This document shows positions 36,927 to 47,977 of a stretch of DNA of 64,000 bases, piece after piece; positions within the stretch are counted from its first letter, which is position 1, and each line of letters begins with the position of its first letter. The notes beneath the pieces were generated by a model, which worked only from the letters and a program-made list of their open reading frames with translations, had not been told where the DNA came from and made no database searches. Origin of the DNA: Blepharisma stoltei ATCC 30299 (lineage: Eukaryota; Protista; Ciliophora); NCBI GenBank assembly GCA_965603825.1, contig CBFDEM010000044.1:310001-374000 (forward strand), written 5' to 3'. Both the position numbers and the translations under genes were made by a program.

Positions 36927-37079
36927 TTATTAAAAATATAATAAAGGTTTAGAGATCCAGCTTGGAAATACAGGGATTTATTTATATAATAATCAAATAT
37001 AGAATAAGAGAAGTCTTTAAGGGGGTAGAAATCTTATTTGCTATTAAAAACCTTAATCTTTCATTCTGTTGAAATTAAA

Positions 37080-37781
37080 ATGTCAACTTACAATAACTCA
37101 AATTCAGTCTTCCAAGAGCATGCTGCTCTCGTTAAGGAATTTCAGCAGCATATTAAAAAACTAAAAGACTTAACTGGGCAGCTTGGAACTGCTAAGGATA
37201 ACCAAAAACTTCACGCTTCGATTACTCAAGAACGAGAATTTTCAATCAAACTCTGTAAACAGATCATTCAATCTTTTAAAGAGAAGCAACCATCAAGAGC
37301 AGAAAAAATTCAGCATGATAACCTTACAAAACAATTCGAGGCTTTATCCAAGCAATTCCAAAGCCTCTGCCAAATGTCACTGGAGAAACAAAAAACATAT
37401 GTGGAAGATGAAAAAATGACACAGGCTGGAAATGAGCCAGAAGAACTAGAAGAGTCATTTAAAAGTGTAGGAGGGCTAGATGAAGCACTGCTAAAGGACA
37501 GATTTGAAGAAGTTCAACAGCTGGAAAAGGATATGATCACTGTTAATGCAATGTTTAAAGATGTAAGCAATATGGTTGTAGAGCAAGGAGGTATGCTAGA
37601 TTCTGCTGAAAACAATGTAGAAGTAGCTGTAAAAGAAACTGGAAGAGCTGTTGTTGAGCTTAATAAAGCCGAAGTATATCAAAAAAAAAGTAAAGGAAAG
37701 CTGTTTTGTATTTTGGGGATTGTGATAGTGGTAGTTTTGGTTTTAGTTGCAGCAGTAGTTATACCTGTAGTGATGACTTAA
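37080..37781 (+). CDS. Syntaxin-7/Pep12-like Qa-SNARE
   Basis: LGTAKDNQKL Habc region, SNARE motif MFKDVSNMVVEQGGMLD, C-terminal TM anchor. Confidence 0.92.
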   Translation: MSTYNNSNSVFQEHAALVKEFQQHIKKLKDLTGQLGTAKDNQKLHASITQEREFSIKLCKQIIQSFKEKQPSRAEKIQHDNLTKQFEALSKQFQSLCQMSLEKQKTYVEDEKMTQAGNEPEELEESFKSVGGLDEALLKDRFEEVQQLEKDMITVNAMFKDVSNMVVEQGGMLDSAENNVEVAVKETGRAVVELNKAEVYQKKSKGKLFCILGIVIVVVLVLVAAVVIPVVMT

Positions 37782-38037
37782 ATATTAATTTAAATGCATT
37801 GATATTAAGAAACTGCTATTATAAGATCTTCCTTTAAATTACCTGATAAGAATTTCTGCTCGTTTCCTTTTATTAAATTAAGAAACAGTTTTATTAATTT
37901 TATAATATTTTATTGCAGGTTTGCTTAAAAATATAAGATTATATAGAATCTTGAGCTGAATTATTTTACAGTGCTTTTATTTTTTGCAAAATCACATAAT
38001 TTTAATATTTTTTAGTAAGATACTATCCTATAAGAAA

Positions 38038-38418
38038 ATGGAAATAAAAGATAATTCTGATTGGGAGTTTAAACTATTTGATTGTGCTAAGAATCCTTTA
38101 ATGTGTGCTTGGGTATTATGTGTTCCTTGTGGCGGAGACTGTATGCAAGCTGTGACTGCTAAAGTTTCTGATCCTAGAAATAGAAATGCGGCTTGTGTAG
38201 CTTGCTTGTGCTCTTTTACTCTTTTTTGTTATGGAGGTGTTTTTAATCGTCATAGACTATCAAAGAAATTAGGGTTAAAAGATAATATTTTCTTTAATAT
38301 TTTGACTGCTGCTTGCTGTGAAAGTTGTGGAAATACACAAGAATGAATGGAAACAATGAAAAGAGTTAAAGGAAATCATGAGCTCACAATCGTTGATTAT
38401 ATCCAAGGTAAAATATAA
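38038..38418 (+). CDS. PLAC8-family Cys-rich protein
   Basis: WEFKLFDC..CVPC..R.RL..K.G..CCESC..QEW(TGA 38344). TAA 38416. Confidence 0.85.
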
Positions 38419-38696
38419 ATATTAAAAATTTATAATATTAATCCTGGAATGAAAATATCAAGGCATAACTTTTTATATTATAAGTTTTTCTTCTGCAAAT
38501 ATAATATATTTTTTATTTTAAATTAAGGTACCTCCTTAGGGATAAGCAATCTCATTTAACAATTTTAATTGAAATCTAATTGATAGTTCTATAAAATGAT
38601 ATTGCTAGTTTGAATATAATTGCAGTTTCATATCTATTCTTTCAGTTATAAAATTTGCAAATTAAATTCGATCTCCAAATAAGATTAATTATATAA

Positions 38697-39254
38697 ATGG
38701 AGGCTGATATTGCTCGGAGCATTGGAGAGCACATAGGAATAGTAATAATAATTGGTGACGCTCAGGTTGGGAAAACGAATTTAATGACAAGACTTACAGA
38801 TAATTATTTCAATTTAAATTATTTTCCTACTTCTGGAGCAGATTTTGTAAGCTCTAAGTAGATGTATAAAGAAGTGGAAATAAATAATATAAACCTTTCT
38901 CTACAAGTATGAGATACCGGAGGACAAGACAGATTTGCCAGTATATTTTATAGCGGTGCTGATTTTTTTCTTTTTGTCTATGATATTACTAATAGAAATT
39001 CATTTGAGAACGTTCATGGATGATATGAATTAATAAAAATCAATGAAATACCTAAGAAATTCGAAATGATGCTTATTGGGAACAAAATTGATTTGAATAA
39101 AATAAGAGAAGTGACATATGAAGAAGGGATGCTATTAGCTAAAAAATTAGGGATGTACTTTTTAGAGGTTTCAAACTTATCTAAGAATAATATAGATGAC
39201 GTTCTTTTGCTTTTGGCTAACAACATATCCATCAAATATTCGAATTCAATTTAA
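38697..39254 (+). CDS. Divergent Rab-like GTPase without a prenylation site (2 exons)
   Basis: GDAQVGKT, intron 38847-38861 after GADF, LQVW(TGA 38910)DTGGQD, VYDIT, GNKID, EVS. Ends KYSNSI. Confidence 0.85.
38847..38861 (+). other. 15-nt intron
   Basis: GTAAGCTCTAAGTAG in the divergent Rab. Confidence 0.9.
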
Positions 39255-39436
39255 GTTGCTTTTATTTAAACAATTCATAATTTTTATTTTTTCATAAAAC
39301 AAAAAATCTAGCTTATCTATAATAATCTCGATGCAGATTGATTTAATATTTAAATTTCATATAATAACAAGACAAAAATCACATATAATGATAAAAAACT
39401 GCATAAAAGATTTATTTTTTTAAAATAAAGCATTAA

Positions 39437-41701
39437 TTAATACTCCCATATCTTTAAAGTGCAATCATAACTACCAGATAAAAATATATTTCCTATTTTT
39501 GGATGATATACAAGCCCCTTAACCCATCTATTATGGCAATTTATCTCTCCACATATCTCGTTTGTATCAAAATTTACCAACAATATATCATTTTCGCTGC
39601 TAACCCCCAAAAAATTTCCTTTGCATGAGAAAGATAATGAAAGCAGTCATTCACTAACAATTTTTATTTCTCTATTTAATTGAAAATCTTCAACTTTATA
39701 AATGCATATCTTGTTCATTCTTGATTGAATAAATGCTAGAAATTCTCCATCAGGTGAAAAAGAAACCGAATTAGCATTCGAGCACGTATTATATATCATT
39801 TTCTTTATTTCGAACGATTCAAAATTAATAAGCTCAAGCAGATCAGTGTCATCAATTGCTACAAAATATTTTTTATTTGGAGAAAAAATCAAGCCTTTTA
39901 CGTGTCTGTTAAACGCCTCTGTCGCTTTTATTATTGAGAAATTTTCAAGGTCTCTTAAAACTATGCCATTGCTGCCGTACAAGATAGAGTTTTCGTTAGG
40001 AACAAAGCATACTGAAGTCACATATCGATTGCTGTCATTTATAGAGATTATCTCGGAGTATGTTTTTGCGTCCCATATCCTGAGAGTTCTATCAGAACTT
40101 CCAGAAGCAATCATTAGCCCGCACGGAGAAATTGATACAGAGGCTATATAGCCTGTATGACCATTTAAAGTCCCTAAAAGCTCGTATGTTTTAGCACTTC
40201 ATATTTTAATTTTTTTATCTAAATTGCCTGATATAAAGTACTCGCCTGTCGGAGAATAAGCAACTGTACTAATCGGATCTTGATGGCCCTCAAATTTTTT
40301 ATAATTGTTTTGTATATCAATTTCAAAAATATTGATTTTTCCATCGTCGTTTCCAGATAATAAATATCTACCACATGGAGAAAATGACATGGCGCATACT
40401 TCTCTACTGCATATAAATTTATTTATTATCTGTTGGGTTTCAATGCTTCAGAGCCATATGCTTTTCCCTTTTCCACTAAACGCAAGAATTTCGCCATTTT
40501 TTGATACCTCAATAATTGATACAGTTATATCACCAGCTATTTCTATAATTTTTTTTGCTTCATCCAAGTGCCATATATTTATCACATGCTTATCAGTCCC
40601 GAAAACCAAAAATTTCCCCTTTGCCAAAAAATTCAAAGTTTTTACTTTGTTTGGCCAAGAATTTATAAAATAGTAAATTTCCCATGTATTTGTTTTGAAA
40701 ATTTTTAAGCTTAATGTCGATGATGCAACCATATATTTTCCACAAGGAGAAAATACAACAATATTTGGATTTAGGATTTCCTGAATTATTTTAATGCATG
40801 ATGATGTTTTTATATCTCATATACAAATGTATCCTGACTTACTACAGCTAGCTAGAATTTTGTCGTCTGGAGAAAATGAAACAGATAAAATGCTGTGATT
40901 ATCTTGAGAGCTTAGACATATGGATTCTCCGGTTTCTAGATTTAATAAATAAAGAGCGCTATTTCGACTTCCTGAAGCTAGGAAAACACTATTATTTGAG
41001 AAAGCTAAGGTAAGTATATTTCAATCTCCCTGGATTTTGAAATTCCAAATGATTTTTTCTGTTTTTATTTCAAGCACGTATAAAATGGCTCCACCTCCTC
41101 CAATAGCAGCATATTTTCCACAGTTAGAAAAAGCCATGACAACCATAAGACTTTTATCTAGATTTGTATTAAAGACCTCAATTCCGAATTTTGCATCTTC
41201 CAAGTGGCAATTTTCCAGATTCGAATAATAAAAACTTGATTTTGAAAAATTCGTCGCTTTGAAGTTACTATCTTTAAAATTTGTTTTAATAAACATATTT
41301 CCAGATAAATCAGCGTTAAGGATTCTTACCCCGTGTAAATCTTTATTTGAAAAAGAATAATTGCATCTATTAAGTATAGTAGCTGCATTGCTTGATGCTG
41401 TATCAATTTCATTTGTTTCACGAGAGAACAAAATGATAGAAAATAAAACCGATTTTAAGTCTTCAGTTAAATATTTCTCAAGAAATGGGAGAATATTACT
41501 TTTCTGAGGGTCGAGATTAAAATTGATATGATTGAAAAAGGAATATTTTATGCTGGTTATGTCTTTTAAGCTGCATATTTCTATAATGATTTTTTGAGAA
41601 AGTGCTTTATTTATGTCTTTAAGCTTGGAAAGATACAGTATGCTATAATTTCCCGATGCTCTATATTTGTTCTTAGGTTTTGAATTTTTAGATTGAGCCA
41701 T
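39437..41701 (-). CDS. Pentapeptide-repeat plus WD40-repeat protein (754 aa)
   Basis: Four ORF-track pieces lie in one frame, joined by five TGA (e.g. IW(TGA 40817)D). ASSNAATIL..FSNKDLHGVRILNADLS pentapeptides are followed by many FSP.G..ASGS.D..IKIW repeats. Confidence 0.88.
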
Positions 41702-42384
41702 TTCTTTACAAGTTTACAAGCTAGGGTTAGGATTTATTAAGCAGCCTGACGCTGCCGAATGAGCCTTATAGCTCAGTTTTTCCTGCACTTCCACGATTTC
41801 TCTTCTTTTTCCTTAATTTCTATCGCTTTCTTTCATCTCATCTCATTCTTCAATTCCATAAGCTTTGTTACCTTCTTCACTTTCGTTTTTCATTACTTTA
41901 TCAGTTCCACCAATTTCAATGAATGGTTTGGCTTCAACTATAATCCTCATATCATTTTTTATCCATTTTCGTGGATTTAAATCAGCAAATAAGTGTTATT
42001 AGAATTAATTGATAAAATGCTGTGTAAAGTAGTATTTAATTTCTGACATTTGTCTGATTTCCTATGGCATATTAAAAGCCAAAAACAAAAAGAGACTGTC
42101 AATGCAAAAACCCAAGATAATTTGTTTGATGGCTTTCGCATTATAAAGAGAGCTTTAGCAATCTGCTTTTATATAAGCTTTCATATTGCCTTCTGAATCT
42201 CTTGATAAAGCTTTATCTATATTTATTAGAAAAATGATGCTAAAGTTAAATAGGTTCTGCATCTAACAATTCGATATCTCCCCTATAAATATAATTTATA
42301 GAATCTAATTACCTTTTCCTTAAGCCACTTTTTTGACTTCCTCCTAAATTTCTCCACAATTCCATATTTTCATCGGATAAAAAT

Positions 42385-43128
42385 ATGCTTACGTGACTAG
42401 GACACGCTTCCTTCAAAATTGAGTGCACTGAGCCCACCACCCACGCTAAGAGAATTTTATTTATTGATCCTTGGCTTTCAGGCCCAACTTGCCCTGAGTC
42501 AGAAAGAAACCAGGCACATGCAGACGTAATTTTAGTCACCCATGGCCACTATGATCATTGTGCAGATGCCCCAAAATTGTCTCAACAAACTGGCGCTATA
42601 GTAGTCGGGACTTATGAGTTGGCCAATATAATGCAAACTCAAGGAGCTGCTCAAATTTATGGTATGAATAAAGGAGGAGTTTTCGAGAACGATTTTTGTA
42701 TTGTCCACATGGTCCATGCTGATCATTCTGGATCTGGCCCTGCGGACCAATTTCCATATGCAGGAGATCCAGTGGGCTATGTTGTCAAGTTTAAAGATGG
42801 GACCCCAAGCATTTACCATGGAGGAGACACCAATGTAAACGCAAACATGCAAATTACTACTGATTTGTATGTTCCTGTCATTGGTTTGCTGCCTGTTGGA
42901 GGAAGGTTTACAATGGGGCCAAGGGAGCTAGCTTATGCTTTGAATAAGCTGCTGGGGAGTATTAAGACTGTTATTCCTATGCACTATGGGTCTTTTCCTC
43001 TGCTGACAGGAACTCCTGAGCAGCTGCAGGTAGAAATTGAAAGAGTTTTCCCTGTCGATCCTTCTAAAAGAGCTAGAATCTTCACTATGAGCTATGGAGG
43101 CCAAGTGGAGTTAAGAACTTTGGCTTAA
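42385..43128 (+). CDS. Metallo-beta-lactamase-fold hydrolase (UPF0173-like)
   Basis: MLTW(TGA 42394)LGHASF, IDPW, THGHYDH, YHGGDT, PVGGRFTMGP, IPMHYGSFP. Confidence 0.92.
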
Positions 43129-43169
43129 TTCTTTCGATTATGTATTTCGACCAGAATTTATAAATAAAT

Positions 43170-43322
43170 ATGACTTCTCTCATCTTGACAGATGGGAATA
43201 GCAGAATCTCATTGAGTTTTACATTGAATGCAATGCTGAGTGGATTTAAAATGAATTATTTTGAATCAAACATATATTAAAAATTCACGAGAAATACACC
43301 AAAGATCTTATATTTATCCTTT
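43170..43322 (+). pseudogene. Decayed duplicate of the 5' end of the adjacent VWA5A-like gene
   Basis: MTSLILTDGN/..EFYIECNAEWI*NE../NQTYIKNSREIHQRSYIYP versus MASLILTNGN..KFHIECNTEWVLNE..HQTYYNNSQEISEGSYIYP. It has frameshifts and a TAA. Confidence 0.88.
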
Positions 43323-43423
43323 TGGCAAAAAAGTAATTATATGAGTTTCTCTTTTTCTAATTTCAGTTTTTCTAGTTTGATATGCAATTTTTGGAACAAA
43401 TAATATAAGATTCTATAATTAAT

Positions 43424-45622
43424 ATGGCTTCTCTGATCTTGACTAATGGAAATAAGCTGGAACTTACTAAGTTTCACATAGAATGCAATACTGAGTGGGT
43501 CTTAAACGAAATCACCTTGCATCAAACTTATTATAACAATTCTCAAGAAATAAGTGAAGGGTCTTATATTTATCCTGTAGTCTCTGACTCAATTGTCTCA
43601 AAATTGATAATCAAGTGCGGAGAAAGCGTAATTGAAGCTCTTGTATATGAAAAAGAAGAAGCTATAGAAAAATATAATGATGCTATTGCTGCTGGAAACA
43701 AAGCTTACTTAGGAAAGCTTACAGAAGAATCATCTGATATGATGGAATTTCATCTTGGCAATTTATTACCCCAAAGTGAGGTAAAAGTAGAAATCACTTA
43801 TGTCACCCAAAGCGAATTCATGAGTGAAACCAATAATTATAGAGTTTATATTCCGCATGTACTTATACCTCGCTATTCGCCGTCAGGGTCAAGCATAACT
43901 CAAGAAATGTCAGTTTCAACTCTCAACTGGACAGGAACGGTCAGTATCAGAACTCCAAATATCCTTACCTCAATTACTTCCAATGTTTCAAACTTCGATA
44001 TATCGGTTCAAAATGACTACTGGAAGACCCTTAACTTTAGTATCCTAAATCATTATGATGATCTTTGCATTTACTATCAATACAGGGCATCAGATGATCC
44101 ATTTATCGTTTTCCAGCAAGACCCAAGAAATCAAAAATACGCTTTTCACCTTTCATTTACCCCACAAAAAAATGACACTGACAGCCCAGTCTGGGAACCT
44201 AAAGGAGAATTTATTATTCTTTTAGATAGAAGTGGATCGATGGAAGGAGGAAGCATCAAACTAGCTAGAGAAGCAGTGTATTTATTTATAAAATCTCTTC
44301 CGGAAGACTCTTATTTCAATGTTGTTAGCTTTGGTAGCTCGTTTAATAAGCTTTTCCAACAAAGTGTTAGATATGAGCAAGATAAAATTGAATTCGCCTG
44401 CAACACAGTAAAAACTTTTGATGCAGATATGGGAGGAACAGAAATATTAGAACCTATTAAATCGATTTTGTCAGAGCCTAATAGAAGTGAATATTTGCGC
44501 TATGTTTTTATTTTAACTGATGGAGAGGTAGGAAATGCAGCTGAAATAATAAATTATATTAAAAACCAGAAAACCCCTTCCCAAATCAGCACTATAGGCA
44601 TAGGAGCTGGAGTTTCTACTTATTTAATAAATGAAGTTGCGAAAGTAGGCCATGGATCTGTTCATCATATTTTAAATTCTTCAGAAATTAAATCAGGGGT
44701 CATTTCTTCGCTCAAAAAATCTTTACTGCCAGGCATAAGCAATATTGAAATTGCTAATCCCCACGAATTCGAGCTTGTTGGCCATAAAAATCCTTTTAGC
44801 TCATTCTATGGAAGTAAAATAAGCTACTCAGGGATATTAAAGCAGGGAAGTACACCTGAGAAAATATCAGTGAAATATACAGATGATGCATCAAAGAATG
44901 ACCATTTAATTGATTTTTCTATTAATTATGAAGGAATGTTGAAAAGCTCTGCAGCTTTAGTAACAGCAGTTAAAAATTATTTTAACGACTGCGAAAAGAA
45001 TGAAATTATTGAAAAATCAAAGAACTACCAAGTCTTAAGCAAGTATACTGCATTTTTGGGTGTTGAAAAGGTGAAAAATCCAAATCTAAAAAATTATAAT
45101 TCTGATGAGGAAGAATGTGAGGAAGATTCTGATGAGGACGAATGTGAGGAAGATTGTGGCGCGGAGATAAACGAAGCACTATGCGAATGCTTATGTGCGC
45201 AAGAGGATTATGAGTTAAATGAGGAGTATGAGAGTTTGGGCATTGAAGAAGTAAAAAATATGGCTTCTGCACGGGCATTTGATTATAGTGCAAGGGAAAT
45301 AGATATTTATGAAGAAATTAAGCCTGAACTTAAATCGAAGAGTGCAAGTAAAGTGGAATATGTTGAAAGCTTAATTGGTTATCAATTCGCAGATGGTCAT
45401 TGGGAATTTTCAAGAGAATTAGAATTGTTAATAAACTACTTCCTTGGAAATCAAGAAATTAGAGATAAAGCAGCACCTTCTATGACTTTATTGGTAGTTG
45501 GCATACTGATAGAGAAGTGCAGAGAGCATGAAGAAATTTGGGATTTAATAGTAAATAAAGCCAAGAGATGGCTGAAGAAAAATGGAGTTCAAGAAAGGAG
45601 CTTGCATGACTTAGGCTATTAA
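43424..45622 (+). CDS. VIT plus von Willebrand A domain protein (VWA5A-like)
   Basis: EKEEAIEKYNDAIAAG, LGNLLP, DRSGSM MIDAS, GGTEI, LTDG, QVLSKYTAF, Q..DGHW. Confidence 0.95.
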   Translation: MASLILTNGNKLELTKFHIECNTEWVLNEITLHQTYYNNSQEISEGSYIYPVVSDSIVSKLIIKCGESVIEALVYEKEEAIEKYNDAIAAGNKAYLGKLTEESSDMMEFHLGNLLPQSEVKVEITYVTQSEFMSETNNYRVYIPHVLIPRYSPSGSSITQEMSVSTLNWTGTVSIRTPNILTSITSNVSNFDISVQNDYWKTLNFSILNHYDDLCIYYQYRASDDPFIVFQQDPRNQKYAFHLSFTPQKNDTDSPVWEPKGEFIILLDRSGSMEGGSIKLAREAVYLFIKSLPEDSYFNVVSFGSSFNKLFQQSVRYEQDKIEFACNTVKTFDADMGGTEILEPIKSILSEPNRSEYLRYVFILTDGEVGNAAEIINYIKNQKTPSQISTIGIGAGVSTYLINEVAKVGHGSVHHILNSSEIKSGVISSLKKSLLPGISNIEIANPHEFELVGHKNPFSSFYGSKISYSGILKQGSTPEKISVKYTDDASKNDHLIDFSINYEGMLKSSAALVTAVKNYFNDCEKNEIIEKSKNYQVLSKYTAFLGVEKVKNPNLKNYNSDEEECEEDSDEDECEEDCGAEINEALCECLCAQEDYELNEEYESLGIEEVKNMASARAFDYSAREIDIYEEIKPELKSKSASKVEYVESLIGYQFADGHWEFSRELELLINYFLGNQEIRDKAAPSMTLLVVGILIEKCREHEEIWDLIVNKAKRWLKKNGVQERSLHDLGY

Positions 45623-45881
45623 TCTCATTTAAATTAACTCTTCATACAGTCTGTAAAAGTTAAGTCTATTTTTTTAATTATTTCAATAAAATAGGCATGC
45701 AATGTTTTAAGATCAAGAAAATTCAGTCTCTAAATCTGAAAGAGAATCTCTTATATTTAACCTAAACCTACACAAATGCTTAATAAAATTAATTTCGATA
45801 TTAAGTTTAATAGAAAAATTTTTAAAAAAATTTATTCGATAGTTACACGAAAAATTATATATTTATTTCATAATTAATTCT

Positions 45882-46580
45882 GAAAAGCTTGATGCAACTG
45901 GTCGTTGTAAATCTTTACTCTTACGCTTTAAAGCGAAGCAAATATCAATAAATTTTCCATATTTTGTTAAATTAAAAAAATTTGGACATATTTTTTAATC
46001 CTTATGAGTATCAATACTGCGTTTAAATCAAATATTAAAACTGTTCAAACTTTTAATAGACATAATATATCGAAAAAATAAGATTTTATGATCCAATTTC
46101 TGGATAACTTGAAATTGATGAAAAATTTATCAAATCTTATAACACAAGTATTTAAGAGAAAATATTGGATACATCAGCCATGAGCCAATCTTTTTAAAGA
46201 AGTAAATTTATAACCGAAAATTGGAAAAGAAGAATAAAAGAAGAAGTGATTGAAGCTATGAATAAATCCCAAGCATCGGAAATTATTGAAAAATATGGAT
46301 TGCATAGTGATGCTGGGCTAAGATGTCATATGCTAAGTGGAAGTGAAAAACAAAATGAGTTGCTATTGCAAGAGCATTGGCAAAAAACCCAAAAACTTAG
46401 TGCTAGATAATTCTACAAGCACTCTGGATTCTGTAACAGAAACAATGTGCTAAAAGTATTGAAAATGAAAGAATTACTATCATATCAATAGTCCCGTCTA
46501 AGAACAATTCGATTTTGTGACTTAATAATTGTTTTGGATAAAGTATAAGTAATAGAAAAGTAATTCATCAAAAATTGGCT
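45882..46580 (+). pseudogene. Relic of an ABCB/MDR-type ABC transporter nucleotide-binding domain
   Basis: From 46081: RFYDPISG*LEID, LRENIGYISHEP, LSGSEKQ/VAIARALAKNPK/LDNSTSTLDSVTE, RLRTIRFCDLIIVLDK. Multiple stops and frameshifts. A possible Walker A relic DATGRCKS lies at 45891-45914. Confidence 0.88.
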
Positions 46581-46720
46581 TCAAATCATAACTAACTATA
46601 GCTTAAAAAATTAATATTTGTTTGGTGATTTACCTATATTTTCAATACATTGATAAAACTTTTTTGATGACGCAATAACCGATATTTAAATTAATTTAAA
46701 TTATAATTTAACATAATTGC

Positions 46721-47977
46721 ATGGGTGACCTCGATACAAAGCGAACTGAATCAAACGATTCAGACACAGAATTTTGGAATGAGCTTGATAAGGTATTCAC
46801 TAAACAGAAGCCGATCCTGCCCGAAAATAATCTTGTTAATTTCGCTCAAAAATTATTTTCCCATATATCTCCACCCCCAAAAGTTCAAGAAATTGCCCAA
46901 AAGCCAAGTGAGCCGAAGCTGGAAACTGAAAAAACAGCTATAAATCACCCTGAAAAATCCGATTGGTCTACACATCAATTTAAAGAAAAAATCACACGAA
47001 TTCGACAAGCAAAAGACGAAGAGTTAACAGCGCACTCTATTATGATCAGAAATAAAACGAAAAAAGAATACAAAGATATGTTCAAAGAGTTAGAAATTAA
47101 ATACAACCAAGACATTGGGACTTTATTGCAGGAACATGAAGAGCTGAAAATGGTGATTTTTTCAAAAGAGAAAATCATTGGGCAGTTGTCTTCTATGCTA
47201 ATTGATTTTCAGATGTTTTTTACTGAACAAAGATATGAATCTGCCTATAATGGAAACGAATCCCCGAGATCTCCAAAAGGAAAAGCACAAATGCAGCTTT
47301 TGGATGAAATAAAAAACTTAAATAATCAAGTAGGTCATCTGAAAGAAATCTGCTACTTATATAAAGAAGACACAACTAAAGCAATTGAAAGAGCAAAAAA
47401 GGCTGAGGAAGAAAGAGAAAAATCGAAAATATTGTATGAAAAAGAAATTGCGAATTTAAAAAATATGTTAGAAACGAAAGAAAAAGAATGGAACGATTGC
47501 AAAACATCTATGGAGACCGAGTAAATTATAGTTAGATTCCAAAAATACAAAGCTAATATCCAAAAAGAGCTTGAATTAAGAGAACTGATCGATGAAAGAG
47601 CAAAAAATCATATAAAGTCTTTACAAGAAGAGCTAAAAAATGCCAAAATTGTAATGCAAAATCCACGACTTCGGTCAAGAATAAGAGACAGACTGAGTGA
47701 ATATATGACAGATCATGAGAAATCCTTAAATGAAGCGTCAAGACCTCCATCGATTCCTCCTTCAAACCCTCCATCACAAAGTTACCGAACAAGAAAAATT
47801 CATTCTTCGTATAAAAGTTCAACCCCTTCCAATCAAATGACATCATTTGATCTTTCTACGTCATTTGAAGACGAAACACTATCAACAAAAGGAATTTTTG
47901 CGAGAAAAGTAGAATTTCCTTTGCACGCCCCCTTGTTTAGAAGAAAAATTGCTTCTTCTGGTTGCAGTAAGCTATAA
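46721..47977 (+). CDS. Hypothetical coiled-coil protein (2 exons)
   Basis: Intron 47521-47535 joins the 46721 and 47654 ORFs in frame. Confidence 0.8.
47521..47535 (+). other. 15-nt intron
   Basis: GTAAATTATAGTTAG. Confidence 0.85.

Noticed and set aside
41721-41731. CTAGGGTTAGG telomere-like word
   Set aside because: Fewer than two repeat units, so not a telomeric tract.
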